Assembly (NCBI GenBank): GCA_041668805.1
Contig: JBAYCK010000001.1
Coordinates: 1-47,723, forward strand
DNA: 47,723 nt
Direction: 5' to 3'
Source of the DNA: Fusobacterium sp.
GTDB lineage: Bacteria; Fusobacteriota; Fusobacteriia; Fusobacteriales; Fusobacteriaceae
The notes beneath the pieces are model-generated. The model saw only the letters and a list, made by a program, of their open reading frames with translations, made no database searches and had not been told where the DNA came from. A program made the translations under genes and the position numbers. Below are positions 30,416-40,775 of this stretch, in pieces; within the stretch, counting starts at the first letter, position 1, and the number at the start of each line of letters is the position of its first letter.

Positions 30416-31486
30416 TTAATTAATTTTTTTTCCACAATAGTAACAGAATTGTTCATTATTTTTAATAACTACTTTATTATCTGTTTTTTCAAATTTTGTA
30501 ATGCAATTTTTGTTTGGGCAAAGACTAACATCTTTATTTATTACAGTATCATCATTTATTTTATCTGAAGAATGGATGTTAATTTTACCTAAAGCGATTC
30601 CAATCATAGCTTCTCTTATTTGAACTCCATTTTTAGCTTGTTCAAAGTATACAGCGTGTTTTGTGTCATCTAAATCGATATTAATTTCATTTACTCTAGG
30701 TAAAGGATGAAGAATTATCATATTTTCTTTGCATTTTCCTAGAATAACATTTTTTGAAATTTCAAATGAATTTTTTACTTTTTCATATAAATCTGGATTT
30801 TCAAATCTTTCCCTTTGAATTCTTGTCATATATAGAACATCAACTTCTTTTAGTATTTCTTTGTAATCAGAAAGTAGTTCATAGGGGATATTTTTTGAAT
30901 CTAATATTTTTTTAATTTCACTTGGTATTTGAATTTCTTCAGGAGCTACAAAATAAAATTTTTGTCCTGAAAATTTTGAAAGTGCTTCTGTTAAAGAATG
31001 CACTGTTCGTCCATATTTTAAATCTCCAACAAATGCAGTTGTAAGATTATCAATATTTTTTAGCTTATCTTTAATAGTATACAAATCTAGTAGAGTTTGG
31101 CTAGGGTGCTCATTAGAACCATCTCCAGCGTTAATGATTGGTATAGTTGAAATATCTTTGGCAAACTTAGCAGCCCCATCTCTAAGATGTCTCATAATGA
31201 TCACATCTGAATATCCTTCTATAACTTTTATTGTATCTCTTAGGCTTTCTCCTTTTTTCAATGAAGTTGCATCAGGGCTATCAAATCCAAGAACTTTTCC
31301 TCCTATTTTAAAACTAGCAGAAGTGAAAGAAAGTCTTGTTCTAGTTGATGGTTCAAAGAAAAGTGTTGCAATTATCTTATTTTCAATAAGTTTTTGTTGT
31401 GGGAAATTTTTTAGACTATTTGCTTTATTTAGTATTTCTAGAATTTCATTTTTACTAAAATTTTTAATAGAGATAATACTGTTCAT
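30416..31486 (-). CDS. pyrB: Aspartate carbamoyltransferase with fused C-terminal PyrI-type Zn domain
   Basis: FFEPSTRT, HPSQ, GDLK.GRT, RIQRER, HPLP; tail CPNKNCIT...CYYC. Confidence 0.95.
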   Translation of the reverse strand: MNSIISIKNFSKNEILEILNKANSLKNFPQQKLIENKIIATLFFEPSTRTRLSFTSASFKIGGKVLGFDSPDATSLKKGESLRDTIKVIEGYSDVIIMRHLRDGAAKFAKDISTIPIINAGDGSNEHPSQTLLDLYTIKDKLKNIDNLTTAFVGDLKYGRTVHSLTEALSKFSGQKFYFVAPEEIQIPSEIKKILDSKNIPYELLSDYKEILKEVDVLYMTRIQRERFENPDLYEKVKNSFEISKNVILGKCKENMIILHPLPRVNEINIDLDDTKHAVYFEQAKNGVQIREAMIGIALGKINIHSSDKINDDTVINKDVSLCPNKNCITKFEKTDNKVVIKNNEQFCYYCGKKIN

Positions 31487-31498
31487 AAATATCCTCCT

Positions 31499-31543
31499 AA
31501 AAAAAAAGAATAAAAATTACAAAATTAGTAATTTTTATTCTTT
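31499..31543 (-). terminator. Attenuator terminator of the pyr operon leader
   Basis: aaagaataaaaattac-taatttt-gtaatttttattcttt plus further Ts, directly before the pyrB RBS. Confidence 0.8.
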
Positions 31544-31633
31544 GGTAATATTGATAATATTAAAATAATTAAAAAAGGTAGAAATGAAATTCAAAAAAAA
31601 TATTTTAAAATCTTCAAATAAATATCTATTCAT
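31535..31633 (-). CDS. pyr operon leader peptide, 32 aa (MNRYLFEDFKIFFLNFISTFFNYFNIINITKE)
   Basis: GGAGGT RBS + ATG; 49/99 nt are U; stop codon lies in the terminator 5' arm. Confidence 0.75.
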   Translation of the reverse strand: MNRYLFEDFKIFFLNFISTFFNYFNIINITKE

Positions 31634-31663
31634 TTTTACCTCCGTTTTTTTTGCATTTTTACG

Positions 31664-31692
31664 ATTCTATCATATTTTGTGTTGGAAATCAA
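31664..31692 (-). promoter_or_regulatory. pyr operon promoter TTGATT-N17-TAGAAT with extended -10
   Basis: Minus strand TTGATT tccaacacaaaatatga TAGAAT. Confidence 0.65.
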
Positions 31693-33482
31693 GATAAAAC
31701 AATAAATTTTTCACATTTATTATATACTTTTTCATCAACAAGAGCTATTATTTTAATCCCCTCAGCTAAAAATTCTTCCTTTAAAACAGAAGAATTACTA
31801 TGTAAATATGAAGATACAGAAGTACTGCTATAAGGAATTAAATATTCAACTTCTTTAGTTTTATCTGGAAGCAAACTATTAGCATGGTTTAGTAAAGTAT
31901 CAATATTAACATTATCTTTAGCACTGATTTCAATAATTGTATATTTTTTCAGATTTTCTTTTATTTCTAAAAGTCTTTCCTCTGTGATTAAATCAGTTTT
32001 ATTTAAAGCTAATATAGTTGGTTTATTATCAGCTTCAAGTTCTTTTAAAACATTTTCAACAACTGAAATTTCTTGATATAAATTTTCACTTGAAACATCT
32101 ACAACATGTATTAAAACATCTGAAAAAATAACTTCCTCGAGGGTAGATTTAAAAGCTTCTATTAAATCGTGTGGTAATTTTCTAATAAAACCAACAGTAT
32201 CAATGAAGGCAACTTCTCTGTTTGAATTCAGTCTTATAACCCTTATAGTTGTATCTAAAGTAGCAAATAACATGTTTTTAGCAAGAACATTCTCTGTTTT
32301 AGCTGTATTTTCATCGCAATATTCTTTTACAATTAAATTTCTAAGAGTAGATTTTCCAACATTAGTGTAACCAACAAGAGAAATTTTACCTATTCCAGAA
32401 TTTTCTCTTTTTTCCCTTTGAGTTGTTCTAATATTTTTAATTTTTATAAGTTCTTTCTTTAAAGCAGATATTTTATCCTTAATATTTCTTCTGTCTAGTT
32501 CTAATTTTGTTTCTCCTGCTCCTCTGTTTCCAATTCCTCCACCAATTCTAGACAAAGAGGATCCAAGACCAATTAATCTAGCACTAGCATATTTTAGTTT
32601 AGCTAGTTTAATTTGTATTTTAGCTTCTTTAGATTTAGCTCTTCTGGCGAAAATTTCTAAAATTAAATAGGTTCTGTCAATGACTTTACAATTTGTGATC
32701 TCTTCTAAATTTTTGATTTGAATACCTGAAAGTTCTTCGTCGAAAATAATTAAGTTAGCTGATCTTATTTGTTTTAATTTAGATAGTTCAGAAACTTTTC
32801 CTTGTCCTATATAAAATCTTTTGTCAATTGTTTTTCCCTTTTGCAATAATATATCAACAGTTTGGATTTCACAAGCATTTCCTAGTTCTTTTAGCTCTAG
32901 AAGACTCTCCATATTTTCTCTACCAACTAAGATAGCATATTCATTATCATCTTCATCATTTACTCTATCTTTCATTTCTTTTTCAATTTCTTGTATTTTG
33001 GCTAAATAATTAAATTCTTCAACAACAGTTATATCCTTAGCTGTAAATTCTTCATAGGAAAGAACATTATCTTTCATTTTACAAAAAGCAAAGTTAATTC
33101 CGTTGATATTTCCAACATCATCGATTCCAATAGCTATAATTGAATCTAATTTAAGTTCAATAAGAGCTGATAAATCAACATCAGAAAGTTTAGATACACC
33201 ATTTGGATGTGTATGTATTAGTCTGTAACCACTAAGTTTTTTTTCTTTAATAGAGATGTTAGGGATAGAAGCACTACTATTATCTCCAATATTAGTGTCT
33301 ATAATTTTACCATTTCTATTAACAGTAATGCTAATTTCTTTGTTAATTTTTGAACTTATTTCTGAAATTTTAAGAATAAGCTCCTTTTTTAGAAAGAATT
33401 CTTTTTCAATTTTTTCTTTCAATAATTCCTCTAATTCTTTTAAAATATAGTCTTTTACTCCAACAGTATTTCCTTTTATCAT
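31689..33482 (-). CDS. hflX: GTPase HflX with N-terminal JAB/MPN-like extension
   Basis: IDRT.LILEIFARRA, G.GET.LE.DRR, GYTNVGKSTL, FATLD, DTVGFI, NK.D; ATG at 33482 after GGAGG. Confidence 0.93.
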   Translation of the reverse strand: MIKGNTVGVKDYILKELEELLKEKIEKEFFLKKELILKISEISSKINKEISITVNRNGKIIDTNIGDNSSASIPNISIKEKKLSGYRLIHTHPNGVSKLSDVDLSALIELKLDSIIAIGIDDVGNINGINFAFCKMKDNVLSYEEFTAKDITVVEEFNYLAKIQEIEKEMKDRVNDEDDNEYAILVGRENMESLLELKELGNACEIQTVDILLQKGKTIDKRFYIGQGKVSELSKLKQIRSANLIIFDEELSGIQIKNLEEITNCKVIDRTYLILEIFARRAKSKEAKIQIKLAKLKYASARLIGLGSSLSRIGGGIGNRGAGETKLELDRRNIKDKISALKKELIKIKNIRTTQREKRENSGIGKISLVGYTNVGKSTLRNLIVKEYCDENTAKTENVLAKNMLFATLDTTIRVIRLNSNREVAFIDTVGFIRKLPHDLIEAFKSTLEEVIFSDVLIHVVDVSSENLYQEISVVENVLKELEADNKPTILALNKTDLITEERLLEIKENLKKYTIIEISAKDNVNIDTLLNHANSLLPDKTKEVEYLIPYSSTSVSSYLHSNSSVLKEEFLAEGIKIIALVDEKVYNKCEKFIVLS

Positions 33483-33656
33483 ATGACCTCCAAAAAAAAT
33501 GGTTAAAATAACTTGCATTTTATTATAATATGGTGTATACATTAGTGTATATATATATGTATTAATAGTATTTTTTTTGTACACTTTATCTGTTAATAGA
33601 GGCAAACTATTAACAAGTAACTATCAATTAATATTAATTTATAGGGGGGAGATTTC

Positions 33657-34832
33657 ATGAAAAAACTTGGTTTATTACCTAAATTGATAATCGGTATAAT
33701 AATCGGTATAATTATAGGTAAGGGAAAAGTATTATTTGTTGTTAAATTACTAGCTACATTTAATGGTATTTTTGGAAACTTTTTAGGTTTTGTAATTCCA
33801 TTAATTATAATAGGATTTGTTGCTCCAGGTATTGGAGAGTTAGGATCCAATGCGGGTAAATTATTAGGTGTTGCAACTATCTTAGCATATTGTTCTACAA
33901 TAATAGCAGGATCCTTTGCATTTTTTGTAGATAGTGCAATTTTTCCTTCTTTTTTGAAGGTTGGTTCTTTGCATTTAGATGCCTCTAATCCAGAGCATGC
34001 CTTAGTAAGTGGATTCTTTAAAGTTGATATGCCACCATTGATGGGAGTAATGACAGCTTTACTAATGGCTTTTGTAATTGGGATTGGAATTACTGCCACA
34101 AAAGGTAATGCAATAAAGAATGTTATGAATGAATTTCAAACAATAGTTGAGGGTGTTATTAAAGTTATAATTATTCCATTTTTACCTCTTCATATTTGTG
34201 GAATTTTTGCTAATATGACTTATGCTGGTCAAGTTGAAACAATAATGAGTGTATTTGCAAGAGTATTTGGTATAGTAATTTTATTACACTGGTGCATTAT
34301 TTTATTGCAATATCTAGTAGCAGGAACATTAAGTGGGAAAAATCCTATTTCTTTAATAAAGAAAATGATACCTGCATACTTTACTGCAATAGGAACTCAA
34401 TCATCAGCAGCAACTATTCCAGTAACATTGCAATCAACTAAAAGCAACGGAGTAAATGATGGAGTTGCAGAATTTGCAGTACCACTATTTGCAACTATTC
34501 ACCTATCTGGATCAACTATAACATTAACAAGTTGTTCTTTAGCTGTAATGATGTTAAATGGAATGAATTATTCATTTACAATGTTCTTTGGATTTATCCT
34601 AATGTTAGGAGTAACAATGGTAGCTGCTCCTGGGGTTCCAGGTGGAGCTGTAATGGCAGCATTAGGACTATTAGATACAATGTTAGGATTCCCACCTGAA
34701 TTATTGTCTTTGATGATAGCCCTTTATTTAGCTCAAGATAGTTTTGGTACTGCTTGTAATGTAACAGGTGATGGAGCATTGGCAATAATATTAAATAAAT
34801 TTGCAGGACATACATTAAAGGAAAATAATTGA
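33657..34832 (+). CDS. Dicarboxylate/amino acid:cation symporter (DAACS, SstT-like)
   Basis: TQSSAATIPV, GVPGG and QDSFGTACNVTGDG motifs. Confidence 0.9.
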   Translation: MKKLGLLPKLIIGIIIGIIIGKGKVLFVVKLLATFNGIFGNFLGFVIPLIIIGFVAPGIGELGSNAGKLLGVATILAYCSTIIAGSFAFFVDSAIFPSFLKVGSLHLDASNPEHALVSGFFKVDMPPLMGVMTALLMAFVIGIGITATKGNAIKNVMNEFQTIVEGVIKVIIIPFLPLHICGIFANMTYAGQVETIMSVFARVFGIVILLHWCIILLQYLVAGTLSGKNPISLIKKMIPAYFTAIGTQSSAATIPVTLQSTKSNGVNDGVAEFAVPLFATIHLSGSTITLTSCSLAVMMLNGMNYSFTMFFGFILMLGVTMVAAPGVPGGAVMAALGLLDTMLGFPPELLSLMIALYLAQDSFGTACNVTGDGALAIILNKFAGHTLKENN

Positions 34833-34856
34833 GTATATTAAGTTGATAGATAATTT

Positions 34857-34884
34857 TAAAGAGCGACTGACGTCGCTCTTTTTT
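34857..34884. terminator. Bidirectional terminator
   Basis: aaagagcgac-tgac-gtcgctctttttt between convergent genes. Confidence 0.85.
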
Positions 34885-34886
34885 TA

Positions 34887-36515
34887 TTATAATCTTGAGA
34901 ATACTTCAATTATATTAAATAAATGATCTCTTATTCTTCTATAGTAGTTTAATATATCCATATATCCAGTACTTAGCATAACTGGAACACCAGCTTGAGA
35001 TGCATTTTTTAAATGATATGCTCTAGCTCGTTTAAAATCAGAAGTGATCTTATCTGCTTTTATAATTGCTTTTAAAAATCTCTCTCTATCTTTTTCTTCA
35101 AAGGAAATATTAACTTCTCTAAATAATAATTCAGTGCTTTCATTTAATTTAAATAAAATATTTCTTTCAATTTCTGTGAGTTCAATATCATTATCTTGTA
35201 TTTTTTTTAATGCTTTGGCAATTCTGAGGCAATAATCACTAATGGTTTCATATTCATCACAAATTTCTAAATTTTTTCTAGTTTCTTCGATTAGATTATT
35301 ACTTAAATCTTTATTTAAAATCATGAAGTTAACATCAGTAATTTCTTTTTGATATAAATCTAAGCTGTCTTCCACATGTTGTAATCTTTCTATTTTTTTC
35401 TCAGATATTTCTTTTTGCTTAGCATAGATTTCCTCTAAAGTGAATAACATTTCTTTAATATATTGTCCCATTGTCAATATTTCTATTTTTGTTTGTCCAA
35501 CAACAACCCCTGGTGTAGCAACCATAAGGGCATCTAATTTGGTGACTTTATTATCCATTTTACCATTATCTTTTACTAAAACTTTGAGTAGTCTGGATAA
35601 AGGCCCAACAAAAGGAGTGAAGAAAAGAACATTTAAAATATTAAACATAGTATGAGCAGTTGCTATACCAATGGTTATATTGTCTTTTGAATCAACGACT
35701 AAGTTTAAAACTTTTAAATAGTATGGAAATATTGAAATAACCCAACATACTCCAAAAATATTAATTATACTATGAGCATATGCAGCTCGTTTAGCATTTG
35801 TACTGGCATTTAAAGTTGCTAGGAAGGCAGTTATTGTAGTACCTACATTTTCACCTAAAACAAGAGCTACAGCTGTAGGATAATCAATTAATCCCTGTAG
35901 TGCAAGGGTGATGGTAATACCTAGAGTAGCGGAAGAAGATTGTACAAGAGCAGTAATACATGCTCCAACAAGAGCAGCTTTAAAAGCTCCAAAATAGGAA
36001 TCAGCTACAAATAGTTTAAATAAATTTAAAAACTCAGGCATTGATCTAATTGGTTCTAAACCATTACTCATTAGTTCTAATCCTAAAAATATAAGTCCAA
36101 ATCCCATTAAAGTAAGAGCTTTTGTTTTTGAACGATCCTTTTTTACAAAAATAAAGATAATAGCTGCAATTCCAGCTATGGGTAGCCCAAATTTACCAAG
36201 ATCTAGAACTAATAACCACCCAGTTATTGTAGTACCAATATTAGCTCCTAGAATAACTCCTAAACCTTGTTCTAATGTTAGTAAAGATGCATTAACAAAA
36301 CCAATTGTCATAACTGTACTAACAGAAGAAGACTGAACAAGCATGGTTACAAAAAATCCCATAAAAATAGCAATAAATCTGTTAGTGGTTAGAGCTGCAA
36401 GTATTTTTTTTAATTTCTTACCAGCGAGTTTTTGCATTCCACCAGACATATTGTCCATACCGTAAAGGAAAATTCCTAATCCCCCTACGACTTTAAAGAT
36501 AATATCTAAATACAT
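34887..36515 (-). CDS. Na+/Pi cotransporter (NptA family) with PhoU-like C-terminal domain
   Basis: Two QSSS motifs, GANIGTT and GENVGTT, helical PhoU-like tail. Confidence 0.92.
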   Translation of the reverse strand: MYLDIIFKVVGGLGIFLYGMDNMSGGMQKLAGKKLKKILAALTTNRFIAIFMGFFVTMLVQSSSVSTVMTIGFVNASLLTLEQGLGVILGANIGTTITGWLLVLDLGKFGLPIAGIAAIIFIFVKKDRSKTKALTLMGFGLIFLGLELMSNGLEPIRSMPEFLNLFKLFVADSYFGAFKAALVGACITALVQSSSATLGITITLALQGLIDYPTAVALVLGENVGTTITAFLATLNASTNAKRAAYAHSIINIFGVCWVISIFPYYLKVLNLVVDSKDNITIGIATAHTMFNILNVLFFTPFVGPLSRLLKVLVKDNGKMDNKVTKLDALMVATPGVVVGQTKIEILTMGQYIKEMLFTLEEIYAKQKEISEKKIERLQHVEDSLDLYQKEITDVNFMILNKDLSNNLIEETRKNLEICDEYETISDYCLRIAKALKKIQDNDIELTEIERNILFKLNESTELLFREVNISFEEKDRERFLKAIIKADKITSDFKRARAYHLKNASQAGVPVMLSTGYMDILNYYRRIRDHLFNIIEVFSRL

Positions 36516-36628
36516 TTTGCCTCCTAAATATTCAATTTTTACCCATTATAATATAGTAAGCTACTATATCCTTAAGTATAAAGATATCATATTGTAAAAA
36601 AAAAGTAAATAATTAAAATTGGTTCAAT

Positions 36629-36660
36629 AAAAAAAGAGCATAGGAAACTGCTCTTTTTAT
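36629..36660 (-). terminator. Terminator after the BI-1/YccA gene
   Basis: aaaaagagca...tgctcttttt with a T run on the minus strand. Confidence 0.7.
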
Positions 36661-36662
36661 TA

Positions 36663-37364
36663 TTATTTTTTTCTAGAAAAAATTCTTAAAAGATATAAGA
36701 ATAAATTAATAAAATCTAAGTAAAGGCTTAAGGCTGCGATTATTCCCATCTTACCCATCGCTTCTTTATCTCCAGATGAAATTTGATAAGCCATTTTTTT
36801 TATTCTATTTACATCAAAGCATATTAGAGCTGAAAAAATAACAACTCCTAAAATAGTAACCATCCAATATAAATTAGAAGCTTTAAGAAATATATTAATG
36901 ACACTCATTAAAATTAAAGATATAAGTCCTGTTTTTAAAAACCCACCATATTTACTTAAATCTTCATTAGTTGTATAACCATAAATTGCTAGAACAGTAA
37001 ACATAACAATAGTGGTTAATAAAGCATAGAAAATAACATTCAAATTATATGCAGCACCAATTAAAGAAAAAACTAATCCATTTAAAAATGAATAAAGAAA
37101 AAACATAAAGGTTGCTGTTAATTTAGAAATTTTATTGATTCCAGCTGAAAGGGCAATAACTACTACAAATTCACCAATTATTAAAGGTAAATAAAATTTA
37201 TAAATTGTCGCTAAAAAATAGTTATTAAAAAATAAAATATAAGCTGGAACAGAAAAAGTAATTAAAAGTCCAAGTACCATATAAGAAAAGGCAGATCTTA
37301 AAAGTTTGTTTTCTGTAGCGGTATCTTGATCCATAGAATAGCCATCATGATTAAAATTATACAT
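36663..37364 (-). CDS. Bax inhibitor-1/YccA family membrane protein
   Basis: About 7 TMs, YS.LNG, YGY.T..DLS and ALSLYLDFINLF motifs. Confidence 0.92.
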   Translation of the reverse strand: MYNFNHDGYSMDQDTATENKLLRSAFSYMVLGLLITFSVPAYILFFNNYFLATIYKFYLPLIIGEFVVVIALSAGINKISKLTATFMFFLYSFLNGLVFSLIGAAYNLNVIFYALLTTIVMFTVLAIYGYTTNEDLSKYGGFLKTGLISLILMSVINIFLKASNLYWMVTILGVVIFSALICFDVNRIKKMAYQISSGDKEAMGKMGIIAALSLYLDFINLFLYLLRIFSRKK

Positions 37365-37405
37365 AGATTCCTCCTAAAAAAAATTAAAATTTATCATCTA
37401 ACGTA

Positions 37406-37432
37406 TTAGACTAAAATTTATTATTTAAAGTT
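37406..37432 (-). promoter_or_regulatory. Putative sigmaE (ECF) promoter AACTT-N16-GTCTAA
   Basis: Minus strand AACTT taaataataaatttta GTCTAA, ~40 nt upstream of the BI-1 gene start. Confidence 0.65.
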
Positions 37433-37470
37433 ATAAGGAAGTTGCTTCATTTTAGAAACAACTTCCTTAT
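37433..37470 (-). terminator. Hairpin after carB
   Basis: ataaggaagttg...caacttccttat inverted repeat. Confidence 0.65.
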
Positions 37471-37503
37471 TGATATTATACTTATTTTTATTAAATAATC
37501 AAG

Positions 37504-40500
37504 TTAAATTTTTGAGATATCAAAAATATCAAGGTCTTTATCTTTGAAATGTCTTTTTTCTGTTTTTATAATAGCGTTTAATGTGTCAAAACAAGTAAGA
37601 ACTTCCACGCCATATTCAATAGCTATTCTTCTCATTTTAAATCCATCTCTTTGAGCATCATTCGCTTTAGTTGGTGTATTAACTATTAAATCTATATTAC
37701 CATGTTGTATGGCAGTTAAAATATTTGGAGTGCTTTCTCCGATTCTATTAATTTGAGAAGTTTTTATGTTGTGGTTATTAAGATACTTAGCTGTTCCAGT
37801 GGTAGCTAACAATTCACAATTTAATTCTATTAATTTTTTTGCTATTGGTAAGAATTCATCTTTATCTTTATCTCTTATTGTAAGAAGAATCCTTTTTCCA
37901 GATACTTTATTAGCTCTTTTCCCTGCAATTAATCCCTTATAGATTGCTTCTTCTATAGTATTTCCAACTCCTAAAACTTCCCCTGTAGATCTCATTTCAG
38001 GACCTAATGAAATTTCAACATCTCCAAGTTTTTCAGTTGAGAAAACAGGAACTTTTACTGCTACTAAATTAGGTTTTTTATATATTCCAGGTTTATAGCC
38101 AATTTCTTCTAATGTTTGTCCTAAAATTATTTTTGTTGCAATTTCAATTACAGGCATACCAGATATTTTAGAAATATACGGTACTGTTCTAGAAGATCTT
38201 GGGTTAACTTCAATAACGTATAATTCATTTTCATAGGCAATAAATTGAATATTCATCATTCCTTTTATTTCTAAAGCTTTAGAAATTTCTTTTGAAATTC
38301 TAAGAACTTCTTCTTCAGTTCCTTTATATAGATTTTGCTGAGGGTAGACAGTTATTGAATCACCAGAATGTACTCCAGCTCTTTCTAAATGTTCCATAAT
38401 ACCAGGAATAATTATATTTTCTCCGTCACAAATTGCATCAACCTCAAGCTCAATACCATTTAAATATTTATCGATAAGTACAGGATTTTCAGGATCTCTA
38501 TCAAATGATGATTCTAAGTATTTAACAAGATTGTATTCATCGTGGCATATTTCCATACCTTGTCCTCCTAAAACATAAGAAGGTCTAACTAGTACTGGAT
38601 AGTTAATTTCATTGGCGATTTTTATACCATTTTCAATATTCCAAACAGCTCTTCCTTTAGGTCTTTTAATGTTTAGTTCTTCCATCATTTCTTCAAACTT
38701 TTCTCTATCTTCAGCTTCATCAATTTTTTCAGCAGAAGTTCCTAGTATTTTAATATTACGACTAGATAGTTCCTTTGCAAGTTTAATTGCAGTTTGTCCT
38801 CCAAATTGAAGGATAACTCCTTCAGGTTTTTCTTTTTCAATTATATTCATAACATCTTCTATTACTAATGGCTCAAAATATAGTTTATCTGCTGTGGAAA
38901 AATCTGTTGAAACTGTTTCAGGATTGTTATTAATAATAATACTTTCAATTCCTAATTTTTTCAAAGTTTTTACAGCATGGACTGTACAATAATCAAATTC
39001 TATTCCTTGTCCAATTCTTATGGGACCAGAACCAATAACTATTATTTTTTTCTTATTAGATACTGTAACTTCGTCATATTCGTCATAAGTTGAATAGTAG
39101 TATGATGAGTCAGCTGAAAATTCTCCAGCACAAGTATCTACCATTTTATAAACTGGATAAATATTATTTTCTTTTCTTTTTCTTTCAATATCCTTTTCAG
39201 AAACATTTATAAATTCAGCTATTCCTTTATCTGAAAATCCTTTTCTTTTTAGTTTTCTTAAGTATTCAGGTTTGAAATCTTTATATTTAGTTTTCTTTAA
39301 TATTTCTTCTTGTTTTACAATCCATTCTAATTTTTCCATAAAAAATTTGTCAATACCTGTAATTTTTTGTAATTTTTCTTTTATGTATCCTCTTCTTAAC
39401 ATTTCAGCTACAATAAATAATCTTATGTCATCAGGTTTTATAACAGCATCTTTAAGTTCATCCATTGACATTTTATTAACAGATGGATGATTAAAGTTGA
39501 ATCTTCCTATTTCTAGAGAACGGATACCTTTAAGTAAAGCAGCTTCAAAATTATTTCCAATGGCCATAATCTCACCTGTAGCCATCATTTGTGTTCCTAA
39601 TTTTTTATTAGCTTTTTTAAATTTATCAAATGGCCATTTAGGAATTTTAACTACTATATAATCTAAAGTTGGTTCAAAACAGGCAAAGGTTTTTTCAGTT
39701 ACTTCGTTTTTAACTTCGTCTAATGTATAACCTAGAGAAAGTCTAGTAGCAACTCTTGCAATAGGATATCCTGTAGCCTTAGAAGCAAGAGCAGAAGATC
39801 TAGAAACCCGAGGGTTTATTTCTATAATAGCATATTGGAAAGATTTTGGGTTTAAAGCAAATTGAACATTACATCCTCCAATAACTCCTATTTCATTTAC
39901 TATTTTTAATGCAGATGTTCTAAGTATTTGATATTCTCTATCTGATAAAGTTTGAGATGGAGCAACAACAATGGAATCTCCAGTATGGATACCTACAGGG
40001 TCAATATTTTCCATGTTACACACTATAATGGAATTTCCATTTTTATCTCTGATAACCTCATATTCAATTTCTTTCCATCCTAGAATTGATTTTTCAATCA
40101 AAACTTGTCCAACTCTAGAAAGGCTAAGACCTTTAGAAAGAATATTTTCCAATTCAGTTGGGTTATGGGCAAATCCTCCCCCAGTTCCTCCAAGTGTATA
40201 AGCTGGTCTTACAACAACAGGATAACCAATTACTCTAGCAACTTCAAAACCTTCTTTTAAAGTTTCTACAATTTTACTTTCAATAATAGGTTCATCTATT
40301 TTTTCCATAGCTTCTCTAAAAAGTTCTCTATCTTCTCCCCTTTTGATTGAGTCAATGGAAGTTCCCAAAACTTGAACATTATATTTGTCTAAAATTCCAT
40401 TTTCTTTAAGTTCCACAGCCATATTTAAAGCTGTTTGACCTCCCATTCCAGCTAAAATTGAATCTGGTCTTTCTTTAGCTATTACTTTTTCAACAAATTC

Positions 40501-40710
40501 CAATGTAATTGGTTCTATATAAATTCTGTCAGCAACAGCTTTATCAGTCATTATTGTTGCAGGATTTGAATTAATTAAAACAACTTCAATCCCTTCTTTT
40601 TTTAAAGTTTCACATGCTTGTGTACCTGAATAGTCAAATTCAGCAGCTTGCCCTATTATTATTGGTCCAGAACCTATAACTAATGTTTTCTTTATATTTT
40701 TATCTATCAT
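37504..40710 (-). CDS. carB: Carbamoyl-phosphate synthase large subunit
   Basis: [17 protein letters not shown], duplicated ATP-grasp (VRPAYTLGG / VRPSYVLGG), MGS tail. Confidence 0.98.
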   Translation of the reverse strand: MIDKNIKKTLVIGSGPIIIGQAAEFDYSGTQACETLKKEGIEVVLINSNPATIMTDKAVADRIYIEPITLEFVEKVIAKERPDSILAGMGGQTALNMAVELKENGILDKYNVQVLGTSIDSIKRGEDRELFREAMEKIDEPIIESKIVETLKEGFEVARVIGYPVVVRPAYTLGGTGGGFAHNPTELENILSKGLSLSRVGQVLIEKSILGWKEIEYEVIRDKNGNSIIVCNMENIDPVGIHTGDSIVVAPSQTLSDREYQILRTSALKIVNEIGVIGGCNVQFALNPKSFQYAIIEINPRVSRSSALASKATGYPIARVATRLSLGYTLDEVKNEVTEKTFACFEPTLDYIVVKIPKWPFDKFKKANKKLGTQMMATGEIMAIGNNFEAALLKGIRSLEIGRFNFNHPSVNKMSMDELKDAVIKPDDIRLFIVAEMLRRGYIKEKLQKITGIDKFFMEKLEWIVKQEEILKKTKYKDFKPEYLRKLKRKGFSDKGIAEFINVSEKDIERKRKENNIYPVYKMVDTCAGEFSADSSYYYSTYDEYDEVTVSNKKKIIVIGSGPIRIGQGIEFDYCTVHAVKTLKKLGIESIIINNNPETVSTDFSTADKLYFEPLVIEDVMNIIEKEKPEGVILQFGGQTAIKLAKELSSRNIKILGTSAEKIDEAEDREKFEEMMEELNIKRPKGRAVWNIENGIKIANEINYPVLVRPSYVLGGQGMEICHDEYNLVKYLESSFDRDPENPVLIDKYLNGIELEVDAICDGENIIIPGIMEHLERAGVHSGDSITVYPQQNLYKGTEEEVLRISKEISKALEIKGMMNIQFIAYENELYVIEVNPRSSRTVPYISKISGMPVIEIATKIILGQTLEEIGYKPGIYKKPNLVAVKVPVFSTEKLGDVEISLGPEMRSTGEVLGVGNTIEEAIYKGLIAGKRANKVSGKRILLTIRDKDKDEFLPIAKKLIELNCELLATTGTAKYLNNHNIKTSQINRIGESTPNILTAIQHGNIDLIVNTPTKANDAQRDGFKMRRIAIEYGVEVLTCFDTLNAIIKTEKRHFKDKDLDIFDISKI

Positions 40711-40775
40711 TAAAAACCTCCAATTAAAATATTAATAATTAAATTTAATAAATACTATAATAATTATTTCTATAT

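Noticed and set aside
33595-33615. GGCAAAC resembling a c-di-GMP-I riboswitch core
   Set aside because: Second conserved stem and tetraloop/receptor elements are not visible.
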